DNA from: Strigamia acuminata
Taxonomy: Eukaryota
Assembly: GCA_949358305.1 (NCBI GenBank)
Contig: OX442314.1
Location: forward strand, 4,278,001 to 4,342,000
Direction: 5' to 3'
Length of the DNA stretch: 64,000 bases
Below, piece by piece: positions 12,251-24,912 of this stretch; positions within the stretch are counted from its first letter, which is position 1, and each line of letters starts with the position of its first letter. The position numbers were made by a program, and so were the translations under genes. The notes below the pieces were generated by a model. That model saw nothing but the letters and a program-made list of their open reading frames with translations. It made no database searches and had not been told where the DNA came from.

Positions 12251-15200
12251 TCAATTTTTTGATTTTTTAGCTAATTCTAGAAGTTCATGGTAACAATTTG
12301 CAAACAACTTCATCGTTGTAGTTGTAAAGGCCGCCCTGATAAAGAAATCTAAAATGGAATTTAAAAAAATATGGTTATTACTATGGTTTCTATTTTTTTT
12401 TGATTATTTTTAGTCAATGAATTAATATTTAAAATTACATTAGGGGGTTTCATAAATGATGTGCTGAAGGTGCTGAAACGATTATGACGATTATTCTGCT
12501 TGAAGCGATTATCATGTGACTTGCGTGGGCCAATCACATGAATAATCGCTTCAGCGTTTCAGCGCTTATTTATAATCACTGAAAAAGGAGCTTTTCATGC
12601 TTAAAACATAACATAACATAACCGGAAGTCATGTGACAGTAGTATAATCAATTGAACCTGGCGTGGGTCTTCAATAATAGAGCGATTGTGATTATTGGAA
12701 TAATCACTTCAGCGCTTTCCACGCATCATTTATGAAACCCCTTATTATTCTATTTCCACAAAAATTCTCCTGAATTTTTCCCTTGTCAGCATCTAAAGTT
12801 ACAACGAAATTGAATAAATATATATGACCTAACCTACAGAAGTTGAGGTTGCTCCTGGTTCAAAAAGTGCACTAGCAGATTTCACTATTTTTTCCTCGTT
12901 TTTTTCGTCACAAACTCTCCAGATGCGCGCAAACAGAACATCCAAAAGGAAAATGGAGAGCAAATTGCGCTTGCTGCTCTCTTTCTTGAACACCTCCTAA
13001 ACAGGTAAAAGATGCAAATATTGTTTTAAAAAAAGAGAAATAAAGCTGTAAAAGGGCATACTGATTTGAATAATTTTCCACACTTCGGTGAAGCTGCGAA
13101 ATCATACTCTTCTGACTTGCAGAGGTTCGGCTAAAAAATTAGGAACATAGTTGTTTGAAAAGAATATAAATGTATCTTAACTATAAATTACTTCTGATTC
13201 TATGAACGCGTTTGCACAGCCACAGAAATACTTGCTGAACTGCAAAAATTGAAATTATTTTATAGACATACTACAGTGCAGGACAAAACTTTGGCCGAGT
13301 TGGATAAATGATTAAAAAGTAAACAATTTTCAAAATATAACCAAACTACCGTATTTTATCGATTAAGAGCCGCTGCTCTTATTCAAAAGTGCCATTTTTG
13401 GTTTGTTACATTTGTTTAATGTAACAAACGAAGTCTGAGCGTCACGAACGAAGTGTAAGTTCATCGTTCGTGAGGTTAAATACGGAAACAATATCGTACT
13501 TTTGCAAAAATAGGGTATTCAAGGTGTCTCAGCCGCGGCTACAATTCGATGGCGACTCTTAATCGGTAAAATACGGTAACAATAGATTTTCATTTTAATC
13601 ATGCTGATATAATGTTACAATAAGTATAAGAGTGATCTCTTTCTCTCAAATAAAAAATAAATAAATAAATAAGATTTTAACCTTAGAAATCTGTGACAAA
13701 ACTTTGGCCTGGTCTTCAAATTTTTAACAAAAATCAAAATCAGTTTAACTTTAATACTTACTTCTTTTCCCACATTGTTTAATAACTTCAATGCATCTTG
13801 TGTGCATTGAATCAATTAGTTTTTTTTGCAACTTTCAGCAGTGATGGGCTTCCATGCTTTTTCAATGGATACTAGCGTTGTCCTGCTGAAAAATCCACTT
13901 TGCTCGAGCCATTTCTTTTAATACTTATTGCAACATTATTTCAGCATGATTAAAATGCAAATCTATTGTTAGTTTGGTTATATCTTTAAAATTGTATACT
14001 TTTTAATCATTTATCCAACTCAACCACTGTTTTGTCCTGCACTGTATACAATCCAATTTTAATATTTTAGTTTAAATGTACCTTGCCATTGTCTTGAGGA
14101 AAATCTTTGTCACTGACTTTGCACAACACTTCACCAGTTTTTTCTTTTACATTACAATTCTTGTTTTTCTTGAAAATACAACACTGAAAAAAATTTTTGA
14201 TTTTCTAAATAAATGTCATTGGAAAGTATAAATTCATGACAAAAGACAAGGTCGGATTTACAACACGTAAAACAAGCGGTTGCCCACCAATCAGGGGCCC
14301 CGAGCAGCTGGAAAAGAATTCAAATTTCCAAAGAAATTTGAAAAAAATCTGCATTTTCAATAATTATAGACGAATTAGACTTTTTAAAATTTTACTTTTT
14401 TTTTTTGGGGGGGGGGGGGAAGGTAAAGGTCCCAAAAAAATTTTTGCTTGGCGCTTCACAAGACCTATATCCGGCCCTGACTAAAGATTTATGCTTCCAG
14501 CTTGTGAAATGTATGGAAATGTATGGGTTGATCACCAGCTGGCGACATAATACAAAAATAGAAAGCTTATAAAATTTATATTTATTAACTATGGGGTTGG
14601 TTTTATCATGTGTACTACAACACATAATTAGATGATTATTGGTGGAGTTAGACGAAATATTACGTTGACATAAATTTTGTAGTTTAATTTTAATTTGGTT
14701 CTAGAATTTGTAACACCATCGCATTGATGTGAGTTTGTGTCACTGCTGTTGAATTTCAATGTAAATTCCTAGGGATTTATTTCTTGAGATTTAACTTATT
14801 TAGGTTTTCTAGTAAAGAAAACTATGGTAGTTAATAGAGACTATAGAAATAACATTTTATAGTTGGAAAGTCGTTGTTTACTGATGGGAAATTCATACAT
14901 TTAATACTTGGAAATGACTGTTTGGAAATGTAATATATCATGTTGTGAAAAGTTGTTTGGAAATGGTTGCATTCAGTGTTGGAAAGTCATAGCAAATTTC
15001 ATGTTGTGTACAATTTGGATACGGGTGTGTAACTTTTTAAGGGTTGTAAAATTTACGAACAAAATTCGGTATTAGTACATTAAAATTGGGAAAATTACAT
15101 TTGAATTATAGTCAAGCCTCGTTATAACGAATCGCAAGAGACCCGAGAAATTTGTTTGTTATAACAAAAAATTCGTTATATTCAAGTTCGTTATAACATG

Positions 15201-15316
15201 GTTCGACCGTACTTATAGCTACTTGTGAATTATGGTATTGTGCAGAAAAGCTAACTTACACTTTCAGCTGTAGCGATAGCAACGAGAATAAGAATAAAAT
15301 AATTAAAGTTGCCCAT
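12251..15316 (-). CDS. Secreted 8-cysteine protein, paralogue A (most divergent), 6 exons, ~180 aa
   Basis: Exon translations: MGNFNYFILILVAIATAES | KNKNCNVKEKTGEVLCKVSDKDFPQDNGK | FSKYFCGCANAFIESE | PNLCKSEEYDFAASPKCGKLFKS | EVFKKESSKRNLLS...RVCDE...EPGA | ...LFANCYHELLELAKKSKN*. Intron positions and phases match paralogues B-D. Confidence 0.8.
12442..12743. mobile_element. PIF/Harbinger-like MITE
   Basis: TIR AGGGGGTTTCATAAATGATG / CATCATTTATGAAACCCCTT with a 3-bp TSD ATT. Same TIR start as 48278-49876. Confidence 0.8.
13274..14044. mobile_element. Tc1/mariner-like MITE with a nested pogo-like CCGTA MITE (13349-13576)
   Basis: TA|CAGTGCAGGACAAAAC...GTTTTGTCCTGCACTG|TA with long inverted arms. 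The inner element is TA|CCGTATTTTA...TAAAATACGG|TA. Confidence 0.8.
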
Positions 15317-16446
15317 TCTGCAGTGTTAAGCGAGCAGCAAGCAGAGAAATGGTTGTTACAAATGTATAGCGTTCCACCAAGTGCAGTTAGGTGTTTATAT
15401 ATGTTTTGCATTGGGCAATAGATGTCTAAATTAGTCAACAATAACATTGCCAATAGCAGCTGCACATGGTGCAATTCAACTCTATTGTATTCAATATTAA
15501 AAATATGACTTTAGTTGACAACAAAGATTGATGTGGGAAACAGAAATTTATTTCATCAGTAGCGTTTCAAAAACCATTTTTCCAACCTAATTTCCAATCT
15601 TTGCATTGCAAGAACTTCCAGTTTGTGCTCGAAGCACTTTTCAAACGCAATTGATTACTGCGGGGTATCCAACATCCTGGCTTTCGCAGACCACATTGGA
15701 TTTTTTAGCGTTCAAAAGGGCGGCATATGCCTTGCTCGCCTCAGGTGGAAATGTATGTCGCACTGGCCCTGTGTGTTGGGTCAGGGGTCGCAACCTGCGG
15801 CTCTTTCGATACCATAATATAATATCATAATATTGAAACAAAAATGTTAGTGGCTCTTTAAAAACTGGGAAATTTTGTAAATTGTAACTTTTGACTCTTC
15901 CGTCTCAAAAGGTTGGCTCTTCCGTCTCAAAAGGTTGCCGACCCCTGTGTTGGACACCCCTGTATTACAGCAATATACTTAGCCAATTTTCATGTGATTT
16001 ATGTAATACTTTGTTGCTTTAAACGTGTGAAAGGAAACCCGGATGTAATTGAGGAAACTGTTGCTACAAATGTGTTTCCTTTCACCAAGTAATGAACAAA
16101 CACTGGTTCAAACAAAAACCACCATGTGTATGAGTAAATAATGTTTTTTTGTGATAAAATTGAATTTTTTCAGTCATTTTCACATTTTTACATTGGGCAA
16201 TGTATGTCTGGACTGATGTCATCAGTAGGTGAAAAATAGCACTATCAATTGCACCTGCAGATGGTGCAATACAACTTTTATTGAATTGAATTGATACAAT
16301 AGTTTTAGTTTTGTTGACAGGAGAAATTGATGGGAAACAGAAATTTATTTTATTTGTTCCTGTGAAAATTCTTTTCTTTATCTTCTTAGCTGTGCAAGTA
16401 ACTTACAGTATGTCCAGTCAGTACTTTCCATAGCAAGTGCTCCATA

Positions 16447-16873
16447 GGGGCCGTCCATAAATTACGTAGCGGCTTAAGGGGGGGGGAGGGGGTTTCGAAT
16501 TTTGTTACGGGTTGTTACGATGGGGGAGGGGGGGAGTTCGCAATAATGTTACGTAACTTATTTTTTTTTTGAAATTTTGAAATTCTGAAATTTTGAAATT
16601 TTTATATTTTTAAAAGCTAAAAATTTTACTTTATAAATAATTCTTTTTTGAGTTATTATTTTTTTTTTGTATAAAATTAGAGAAAAAGTCATTATTAAAT
16701 AAAAATTGTATTTATATTTAGTGTGCCGTATATCAAAATTGGGGGGGGGGGTAGTTAGTTTCGTTACGTAATATTCTAGGGGGGGTTTATGGATTTGTTA
16801 CGACCTTGTTACAGGGGGGGGGAGGGGGTCTAAAAGTCCAAAAATTAGCGTTACGTAATTTATGGACGGCCCC
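16447..16873. mobile_element. PIF/Harbinger-like MITE
   Basis: TIR GGGGCCGTCCATAAATTACGT / ACGTAATTTATGGACGGCCCC with TSD ATA. Confidence 0.85.
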
Positions 16874-17523
16874 ATAGTACAGTGGAGCCTCGATATAATT
16901 AATTGCAAGGGACCCAAAAAAATTGGTTTGTTATGGCTAGAATGTGTATCGTTTATTTCTCACAACACCTTACACGCGTTCAATGGAAATAAAGCAGCAC
17001 TTTTGAGTGGGAGAATTATCAATAAATAGAAGAGCACATGCAACTTGTCTATAGTTCTTAAGGAGTTGCTGTTATTATAGTACAAGGAAATGGCGCATGG
17101 CTGTACCAATGGCTTAACAAAGACGGAGTGGGCTTGCACTTGTCAGTGAAAGTAGTGGCAATAGGCATGTTCAATTTCAAATTGAAAAGCCGATTCCCTC
17201 GATTCTCTAAATGAGTGATATTTTGAAGAATCGATTCTCATAATCCACGTTTGGGGTTGATTCTTTGGATTTCAACTTCTTTACGTGTCGGGCATTTTGA
17301 AATTCAATAGGTCGGTGCGATAAACTTTTTCAAAAGACTTTGAATTATATGAATATTTTCTAGTAAGGAAAAAATTTGAGAAATTTAAAGCTTTTACATT
17401 ACAGTAGTTTTTATTTATTTTTTGCGTAAGAGAAGAAGGAAAAACTGGTTTAGTACACAATTTATTTTTGATTTTTTACTGCATACATTTTGACAGCATT
17501 TACATTGAATAATTCAATAAAAT

Positions 17524-19967
17524 TTAATCTTGTGACTGTGCTGCCAATTCTAGCACTTGCTTGCGGCAATTGTAAAGCAAATTTGCCAATTTAGGTTTAA
17601 ACGTCTTTTTCGTCAGGAAGGCTAAAAGCAAAGCAAAAGAAAATGATGGGGTAGACAATAAATACCGTACTGCCTCGTATCTAAACGCCGGCTCCTGATT
17701 AAGCGCCGGGCAAACTGAGAGCGAATAGGCAATAAAGACCGGCCTTAAATGGACGCCGGGTTTGTTTAAACGCCGGGTTTAAACGTTTTTTAAACGAATA
17801 TACGGTAATTTAACGTAGGTTGGGTGGCGGCAGTTGAAAACCTTTTTTTTTCGTTAGACGCCCGGCGAGAATAATCGCCGGGCGTTGAATAAACTTGAAA
17901 AAATAAATAAGCGCCCCGGCGTTAAATCGAGGCAGTACGGTATTGCAATTTACTTAAAGCATCTGCAACACATCCTGGTTGATAAAGTGAAAGTGCTGCT
18001 TCAACCACTTTGTCTTCACTTTCAGTACAAACTTTAAACTCCCTTTCAAAAACAACATCGAAAAAGTAATCGCCGAGCAAGTTGTCCTTGCTGGTCAGTT
18101 CTGCAAACTCTTTCTAAACACAGCAAAGGCAAAAACAGTTTTTCAAACAGATATCATGTGATGTAAGGTGGTTTCATTTCAGCATACTGATTTGAATAGT
18201 TTTCCACAGTTAGGTGCAGGTGAAAAATCATAATCTTTCGAGTCGCAAAGAGCAGGCTAAAAAATTGAAAATGCAGTAATACAAAAGGTACAGTCGTGTT
18301 AAAAAAAACTGGACCCTTACTCTAAGCTGGCTATTGAACTTTTGAGTAATTTTGTGTTTTGCTACTAGGTGAAACATCAGACATCAACAGGTGATAATAG
18401 AGAGGTTCTGCTAGGCGTTAGATGCCTGGAAAGCCGAAACGTCATCTATGTGCTGACATCATGGAGGCAAAGCTAAGTTTCATGTTGACCGCACAGGCTT
18501 TGTTGTTTCCTACGTGTAATGGCGTGTCTAGACTTCGTTGGAGAACGTGTAAAAACAACGGCAAACGGGCGGGCAGGGCTAATTCTTCAAGTTGTTGTTG
18601 TTCCCGTTTAACCACTGGCAGAACCACAAATCCTCACAAGGCAATACAAGGCTATACAAGTATTATCACTTGTTAACCTTCCCATAGCCATGGTGGGTCA
18701 GAAAAATAAAAAAAAGTAGTAAAATAGCTGTAACTCCTTTTTTCCTGAAAATTAATTTAGGGGACCAGCTTTAATTCCTCCAAAAATAATTTTTCTAAAT
18801 TTATAACAATTAAGTTCTGATATTATTTCGATTAGGAGTAAGTTAAACTAATAATAAGAATAATATTTACAACATAAAACACCATTACGTGAGCGCCGTA
18901 CACTGTTTTGCCACTTTTTAGCACTAGGCGGTATATTGAAACGATTCTGCGCATGTGCACAATCTTAATTTTTCAGGTGCAATCGCATTTTTTCTGGTTT
19001 GAGCACATTAAAACATTTGCTGAGGCCAGGAAAAATGCGATTGCACATGGAGAAATAAGATTCTGCACATGCGCGGAAGCATTTTAAAAGAAGGCCGATT
19101 TGACCGACCACAGCTAGCTAGGTGTGGTAGCCAGGCTTGGCTATGGGAAGGTTAATGTCTGGTGTTTCACCTAGTGGCAAAAGACAGAATTACTTACAAG
19201 TTCAATTGTCAGCATAGAGTGAGGGTCTAGTTTTTTTGAACACGACTGTACGTTCAAACAAGTTTGTTGCTACAGTTGAACCTGGTTATAACGGACCGCG
19301 AAGTAACAAATTTTTTGTTATAACAAATACATAAAAATGGCTTGGTTAGTTGGATGGCCATAGAACACCATGTTAAAAAATTTCGATATAACGAACTTAC
19401 GTTATAACAAACTAATTTTTCGCTCCCTTGTGATTCGTTATAATGAGGCTCGACTGTACTAACGATTACTTGTGATTTCATGAGGGCAGTCACACAGGTA
19501 CAGAGATGCATGGCAAACTATAAAAAATTAGATTATTTCTCTACATGATTTTAATTCCCTTCAGTTTAGCTGTTTAAAGTTTATCTATCATTATTTTCCC
19601 GGTCTATCTGTTAATACTGTTGTTAGGGTAAGACGAGAGACCGGGTCAAGATTGATGTCACTGAATCTGAATGGATTTTTATGCCACCTGGTAGATAAAC
19701 TTAAAACAGCTAAACTGAAGGGAAGTTTTTTTTTATCCACGACTGTACTTTGCCATCATCTTGAGTGAATGTCTTGTCCATGGTTTTGCATAGTGCATTG
19801 ATAGACTTATCCTTAACATCACATTTCTTTGAAAAACAAAGTAGGAATAAATTAGTTAACTTAATAGGATGTGATATTTATCAAAGTCAACCTACCTGCT
19901 CGTCAGTTGCAATTGTTGTATACACAACAGACAAGATGAGAATGAAATGACAATTGAAATTAAACAT
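17524..19967 (-). CDS. Secreted 8(+1)-cysteine protein, paralogue B, 6 exons
   Basis: MFNFNCHFILILSVVYTTIATDEQ | KCDVKDKSINALCKTMDKTFTQDDGK | FAMHLCTCVTALMKSQ | PALCDSKDYDFSPAPNCGKLFKS | KEFAEL...FKVCTESEDKV...YQPGCVADAL | ...LLYNCRKQVLELAAQSQD*. Confidence 0.85.
17665..17940. mobile_element. pogo/Tc1-like CCGTA MITE (related copies at ~23171-23340 and 31870-32289)
   Basis: TA|CCGTACTGCCTCG...CGAGGCAGTACGG|TA. The equivalent intron in paralogues C and D shows the empty site (AAATATTGCA). Confidence 0.85.
18291..19248. mobile_element. Tc1-like MITE containing a nested piggyBac-like MITE (18677-19151)
   Basis: Outer TA|CAGTCGTGTT...AACACGACTG|TA. Inner TTAA|CCTTCCCATAGCCA...TGGCTATGGGAAGG|TTAA. 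Confidence 0.85.
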
Positions 19968-20668
19968 TTTGCGCTGTGGTAGAATTAGAAAATAAAGGAT
20001 TAATTACTGCAAATGTAGTAACTTCGTTCTACAGTAAGGTGTTTATATACACATTGCATTGAGCAATGAATGATGAATGTCGCACATGGTGCAATTCGAG
20101 TTTATAAGGCGAACAATGAAACGAGGTGTGGTTTCTATTTTAAATTGTTGCGAAATAAATTAATGAAAATTATTCTCGTATTTGACCAGACTACAGGTAA
20201 ACCTTTTTACTGGCATGTCGTTATAAATGAGTACGGATTTTTTGAAGCGAGGATTGAGCCAAAACAAGCTTACAAATCGTTTTTAGATGTCAAAAATAAA
20301 GGAAATTGGCCTAATTTCTATAAATTTTGGCAAATTTTAATAATAATATTTACTGGGCTGGATTTAGGTCTTGTGGGACTCCAAGCAAAAATTTGTTTGG
20401 CACCCTTCCCCCTCCCCCCCCCCCCCCCCCAAAAAAAAACAAAAAAGTTTAAAAAACACATTTATTATCTTTTTATATTTTTATTTATGTGAGTGTATAC
20501 GCAACATTTTCTCCGGCGGCCCAGAGCTGGTTGTTTTGCTTGTACGTAAATCCGGTTCTGAATATTCAGAAAATCAAGAAAACTCAAATGTATGGGCCGA
20601 ATTTCGACATAATTATTCAAATTGCTGTCAGAGTGTGCTATTATCGCAAATTTTTTCGTGATTGCTGT

Positions 20669-21301
20669 GACCTAAACTCTATTCCAAAAAGTAATTGAAA
20701 TACTCCCATTGGTTGGGAGATTCATAACACCAGTATAAATGCATTGAAAATCTTCGCACAAGTCTACTGGAATCTGAAAACAGCATCATATTCAATACAC
20801 AACTGAACTAGAGCACCAACCAACCAATGGGAGTATTTCAATTACTTTTTGGAATAGAGTTTAGGTCGATTAACTACAGGACTTCTCAACTAGCACAATA
20901 TTAATTGTTAGACTGTACGGCGAGTCTGTCTTCTGATCGTAGCGCCATCCGGCCGAAACGGCACAAAATAACGTTATTTTGCGGACAAATGGCGGACAAC
21001 TGACATGACATCCCGCATTTGTATTTTTAGAGGACATTTATATTTTATGTTTAAGTTAAAAATAATGTCTGAAAATAATTTATTACGGAGTACATTTTTA
21101 AATATTATTTTTAAATCAAACGTTAAATAAATTTGAACCTTGTTCGAACGTCCGACAAAGATGTAAATGCGGGATGTCAATTGTCTGCCATTTGCTCGCA
21201 AAAAGTTTGAGCAATGGGACGACAGATGGCGTTAGCTTAGTTTTTGTGCGGGACAACTTAGATTTCAAAAAAATGGCGGATGTGAAGTTCTGTAGTTAAT
21301 C
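20669..21301. mobile_element. Two adjacent inverted-repeat elements (20669-20867 and ~20868-21301)
   Basis: The first has a ~48-bp inverted repeat starting GACCTAAACTCTATTCCAAAAAGTAATTG. The second is bounded by GATTAACTACAG / CTGTAGTTAATC. Confidence 0.65.
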
Positions 21302-21643
21302 ATCCTTGTTCCGGAGGCCAGTGAATCTGTAGACTGCAAACATAACAACTAACTCCACTTTTTAATGAACTAAACTAACTAACTATATGCACTAACGCCA
21401 TCTATTGTGCCAAATCAACATACTGTATCACAAACAAACTCAAACTGGTTTCACAATTTACTGAATTTACTGAATTTACTGACTAGGATCCAACGATTTA
21501 GCATTCATTATAATTTTAGTCGCGTACAGGTGGCGCACAAACACACACACAAAGAAACAAACAAACATTCATGTTTTTTTTTAAACAATTTATTCTTTAT
21601 TTATTTATTCAGACTAAACATTAAGTATTTTATTCAATAAAAT

Positions 21644-22898
21644 TTAATGCTTTGGCAGTTTCGCCAATTCTAGCAGTTGCTGGAAGCAATTGGAAAGTAA
21701 CTCTGCTAATTTAGGTTCAAATGTCTTTTCATGCAGGAAAGCTAAAAGAAAAACCAAGTGACGATTTAATAACAGATGGTGTACAATAAATATTGCAGTT
21801 TACTTAAAGCATCTGCAACACATCCTGGTTGATAAATTGAAAGTGCTGCTTCAATCACTTTGTCTTCACTTTCGGTGCAAACTTTAAACTCCTTTTTGAA
21901 AAGGACATCGATAAAGTATTCGGAGAGCAAGTTCACCTTGATGTCCAGTTCTGCAAACTCTTTCTAAAGGTGGCAAAGGCAGAAATAGTTTTCAAGCAGA
22001 AATCATGTGATAAAAGGTGCATTTCACTTTAACATACCGATTTGAATAGTTTTCCACAGTTAGGTGCAGGTGAAAAATCATAATCTTTCGCGTTGCAAAG
22101 AGCGGGCTAAAAAATTGGAAATAAAGTTTTACAAATGATACCACCGAGTTTGTTTGTCGTTAATCCTCCCGCCACAACCTAGGGTCAATTTTGATCTCCA
22201 AAAGTGTTTTTATTTTTTTTCGCGAATACTAATAAGTTTTTTTTCTTAAATTTTATGTATTTTCCTTAAATATCATGAAATAGTCAAAAAATAGAATTAT
22301 TTTCACTCATTTTGGAAAAATTCTTTTGGCTTTGGGTAAAAAACGACCCGGGTTGGGTGAGTAAGGGATTTTTTTTAGGTTGATACTGCTAGGGTTAGTA
22401 CTTGTGTTTTCATGAGGGCGGTTACACAGGCACACATATATTTGCTGAACTGGAAAAATTAAGATTATTTCAAACTTGATTAAATATGTGGCGTGCCAAC
22501 CGATCAAGAGCCCCATGTGAAATTGGTTTTTTCGGATATTGGATTTTGAGTCTTTTTGAATTCTGTTTTTATTTATTTATTTATTTTAATTTGGACAAAT
22601 TTTAAACTTGTGAATTTTTTTTCTGCTCTTGATCTCGATTGCACTGTATCTTATGCAATTTTGTAGTTTTGGATATATACAGTACATTGTCATCATCATG
22701 AGGGAATATCTTCTCTATGACTTTGCACAGCGTTTTGAGAGACTTATCCATAACATCACACGTCTTTGAGATACAAAATAAGAATAAATTATTTAATAGC
22801 ATAGGGTAGTTATAAAGCCAACTTACTTGCTTATCTGTTGCAGTGGTTATATAAAAAGCAGTCAGGATTAGAATGAAATGGCAATTGAAGTTAAACAT
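21644..22898 (-). CDS. Secreted 8(+1)-cysteine protein, paralogue C, 6 exons
   Basis: MFNFNCHFILILTAFYITTATDKQ | TCDVMDKSLKTLCKVIEKIFPHDDDN | FSKYMCACVTALMKTQ | PALCNAKDYDFSPAPNCGKLFKS | KEFAEL...FKVCTESEDK...YQPGCVADAL | ...LLSNCFQQLLELAKLPKH*. Confidence 0.85.
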
Positions 22899-23848
22899 TC
22901 TGCGATATGGTAATGCTAATAAGTAAAATCTAAGAAAGACTTGCTGCAAGTGTGGTGTCTTTCCACTAGAGTAGGGTGTTTATTCAAGCCGCGCATCTGG
23001 TAATGAATATATGGTGACAATTAGTGATAATTACTAGCACCTGCATGTTTGTGCAATTAAAATTTAATGAAGCTACAGAGCTGATGTTGACATTTGAAAT
23101 TGTTTGGAAAAATTAAAAAATGGATTTATTAGAACAGTTATGCTTTTCTGTAAAAAGGTTTGTACAAGTATCGTACTGCCTCATTTATATGCCCGGGCGT
23201 TTAATTTTTTTTTTGGGTTGACCCTCTCTCGGTAAAGTCGGTTCGAGGCGGCGCGCGGTGCAATAAACGCAGCCGAAGCCCCGGCGTTTATTTGGGCCCG
23301 GCGTTTGAATGAACCCAGGCGTTTAAATGAGGCAGTACGGTAGTTGTTAATAAAGATGTGGGAGAAAGTAATTGACATCGTAGCCTAGCAACCCGTTCTT
23401 TCTTAGTATATTGTTTAAATCGATGCCAATAAAAATATGTAAAATAAAAAAATTTATTCGAGTGAAATCAGGTGTTAAATTACAACTTAATGCCTTTTCC
23501 AAGTGTTCTTGATGTAAATGAATTATAATTAACAATTACAATTCATCTTTTTTGATTTTTTTATTTGTTTATTTCTTAAAACTTTTTCCAGACACTCATT
23601 TAGTGACTTCCCCTGCTGTCTGTTTTTGGCGAAGCTTTTTTCGAATGCAAGGCATACATACATGATGTGTCTTTAAAAAAAGGCAAAATTTGACACAAAA
23701 AATTCACAAATTGCCGTTTATTTTTCTGGAAAAATAGCAATTTATGCATTTATTTTCTATTTTCGGAAAATATGCATTTATACCAATTTCGGCTTTTTAT
23801 TGAATAAAAATATTTCCTATGCATTTCTGCATTTATCCGGGCCTTATA

Positions 23849-24745
23849 CAGGGTGGAACAAACATCTGTTCCCTTCAAATATTTCCTGAGCAATTGCATC
23901 TAGGCCAACTTTGATGAAGCGATCTTATAGGAAGTTGGGTGAGAGCAATCCAATGATGTTATCAAATTTGACCTTGAAGGCCATTTTCAAGGTCATTCAC
24001 TTGCTAACGTCTAAACCAATCAGGTTAGAGCAAAAACGTCAATTACAAAGTTGTTGAGCACCATCAAATCAGTACTATCCAATTTATCTTAGCCACCTGA
24101 AGTTAAATATTTTCGTTTTAAAATGAAAACAAATCAGCTGAAATAAAGTCAGCCTTTGTGACAAAAATTAATATCGACTGCAAAAGTACTGGATTTCTTT
24201 AATAAATGTATTCAAATTTGCATTATTATGCAAGCAAACAAGAAAAACCACTGTTTTTTTAATGTCTAAATTATTTTATCTTCATAAGAAGAAAAAATTT
24301 CAATTTGCTGTTGGGGTTCTTGAGGCTTACGGAGGCGCCAATGTACCTGGCTAAAGTTGGCTAATTGGGGATTAAAATTTTGATGACCCGGACTTCCACT
24401 CGAAACAATGGACATGGGGGTATGACGACTATTTCTGGGTATTGGAGGAACCAATCATGTTACAGTGCATTGAACTTCTTGACCTTATTTCATTTCACTT
24501 AAAAGCTGTAACTCAAAGAATAAAACTCACTTGCTGTTTAACCATTTCAAAGACTTGACTCCAAGATTTATTCCAACATTTGCTGATTTGTTTTCCTTAT
24601 TTTTTTAAAATGGCCTTCAAGGTCAAATTTGATGACATCATTGGATTGCTCTCACCCAACTTCCTATACGATCGCTTCATCAAACTTGGCCTAGATGCAA
24701 TTGCTCAGGAAATATTTGAGGAGAACAGACTTTTGTTCCACCCTG
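23849..24745. mobile_element. Tc1/mariner-like CAGGGTG MITE family (other copies at 33900-34653 and 48761-49514, partial at ~40460-40743)
   Basis: TA|CAGGGTG...CACCCTG|TA with inverted arms over 100 bp containing TGACCTTGAAGG. Confidence 0.85.
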
Positions 24746-24912
24746 TATGAAGACTAAAGACTAGATATATCACAGTTGAACAAACCTTACTTGAAAATGA
24801 GCTAACAGAAACATAAATGTTTGTCTTTTGATGCAGGATTTAAATTGCATGTCGTGCATTATTTAGTGTATGAAACGAAGGTAAAATTGATTTAGCACAA
24901 TTTATTTTTGAT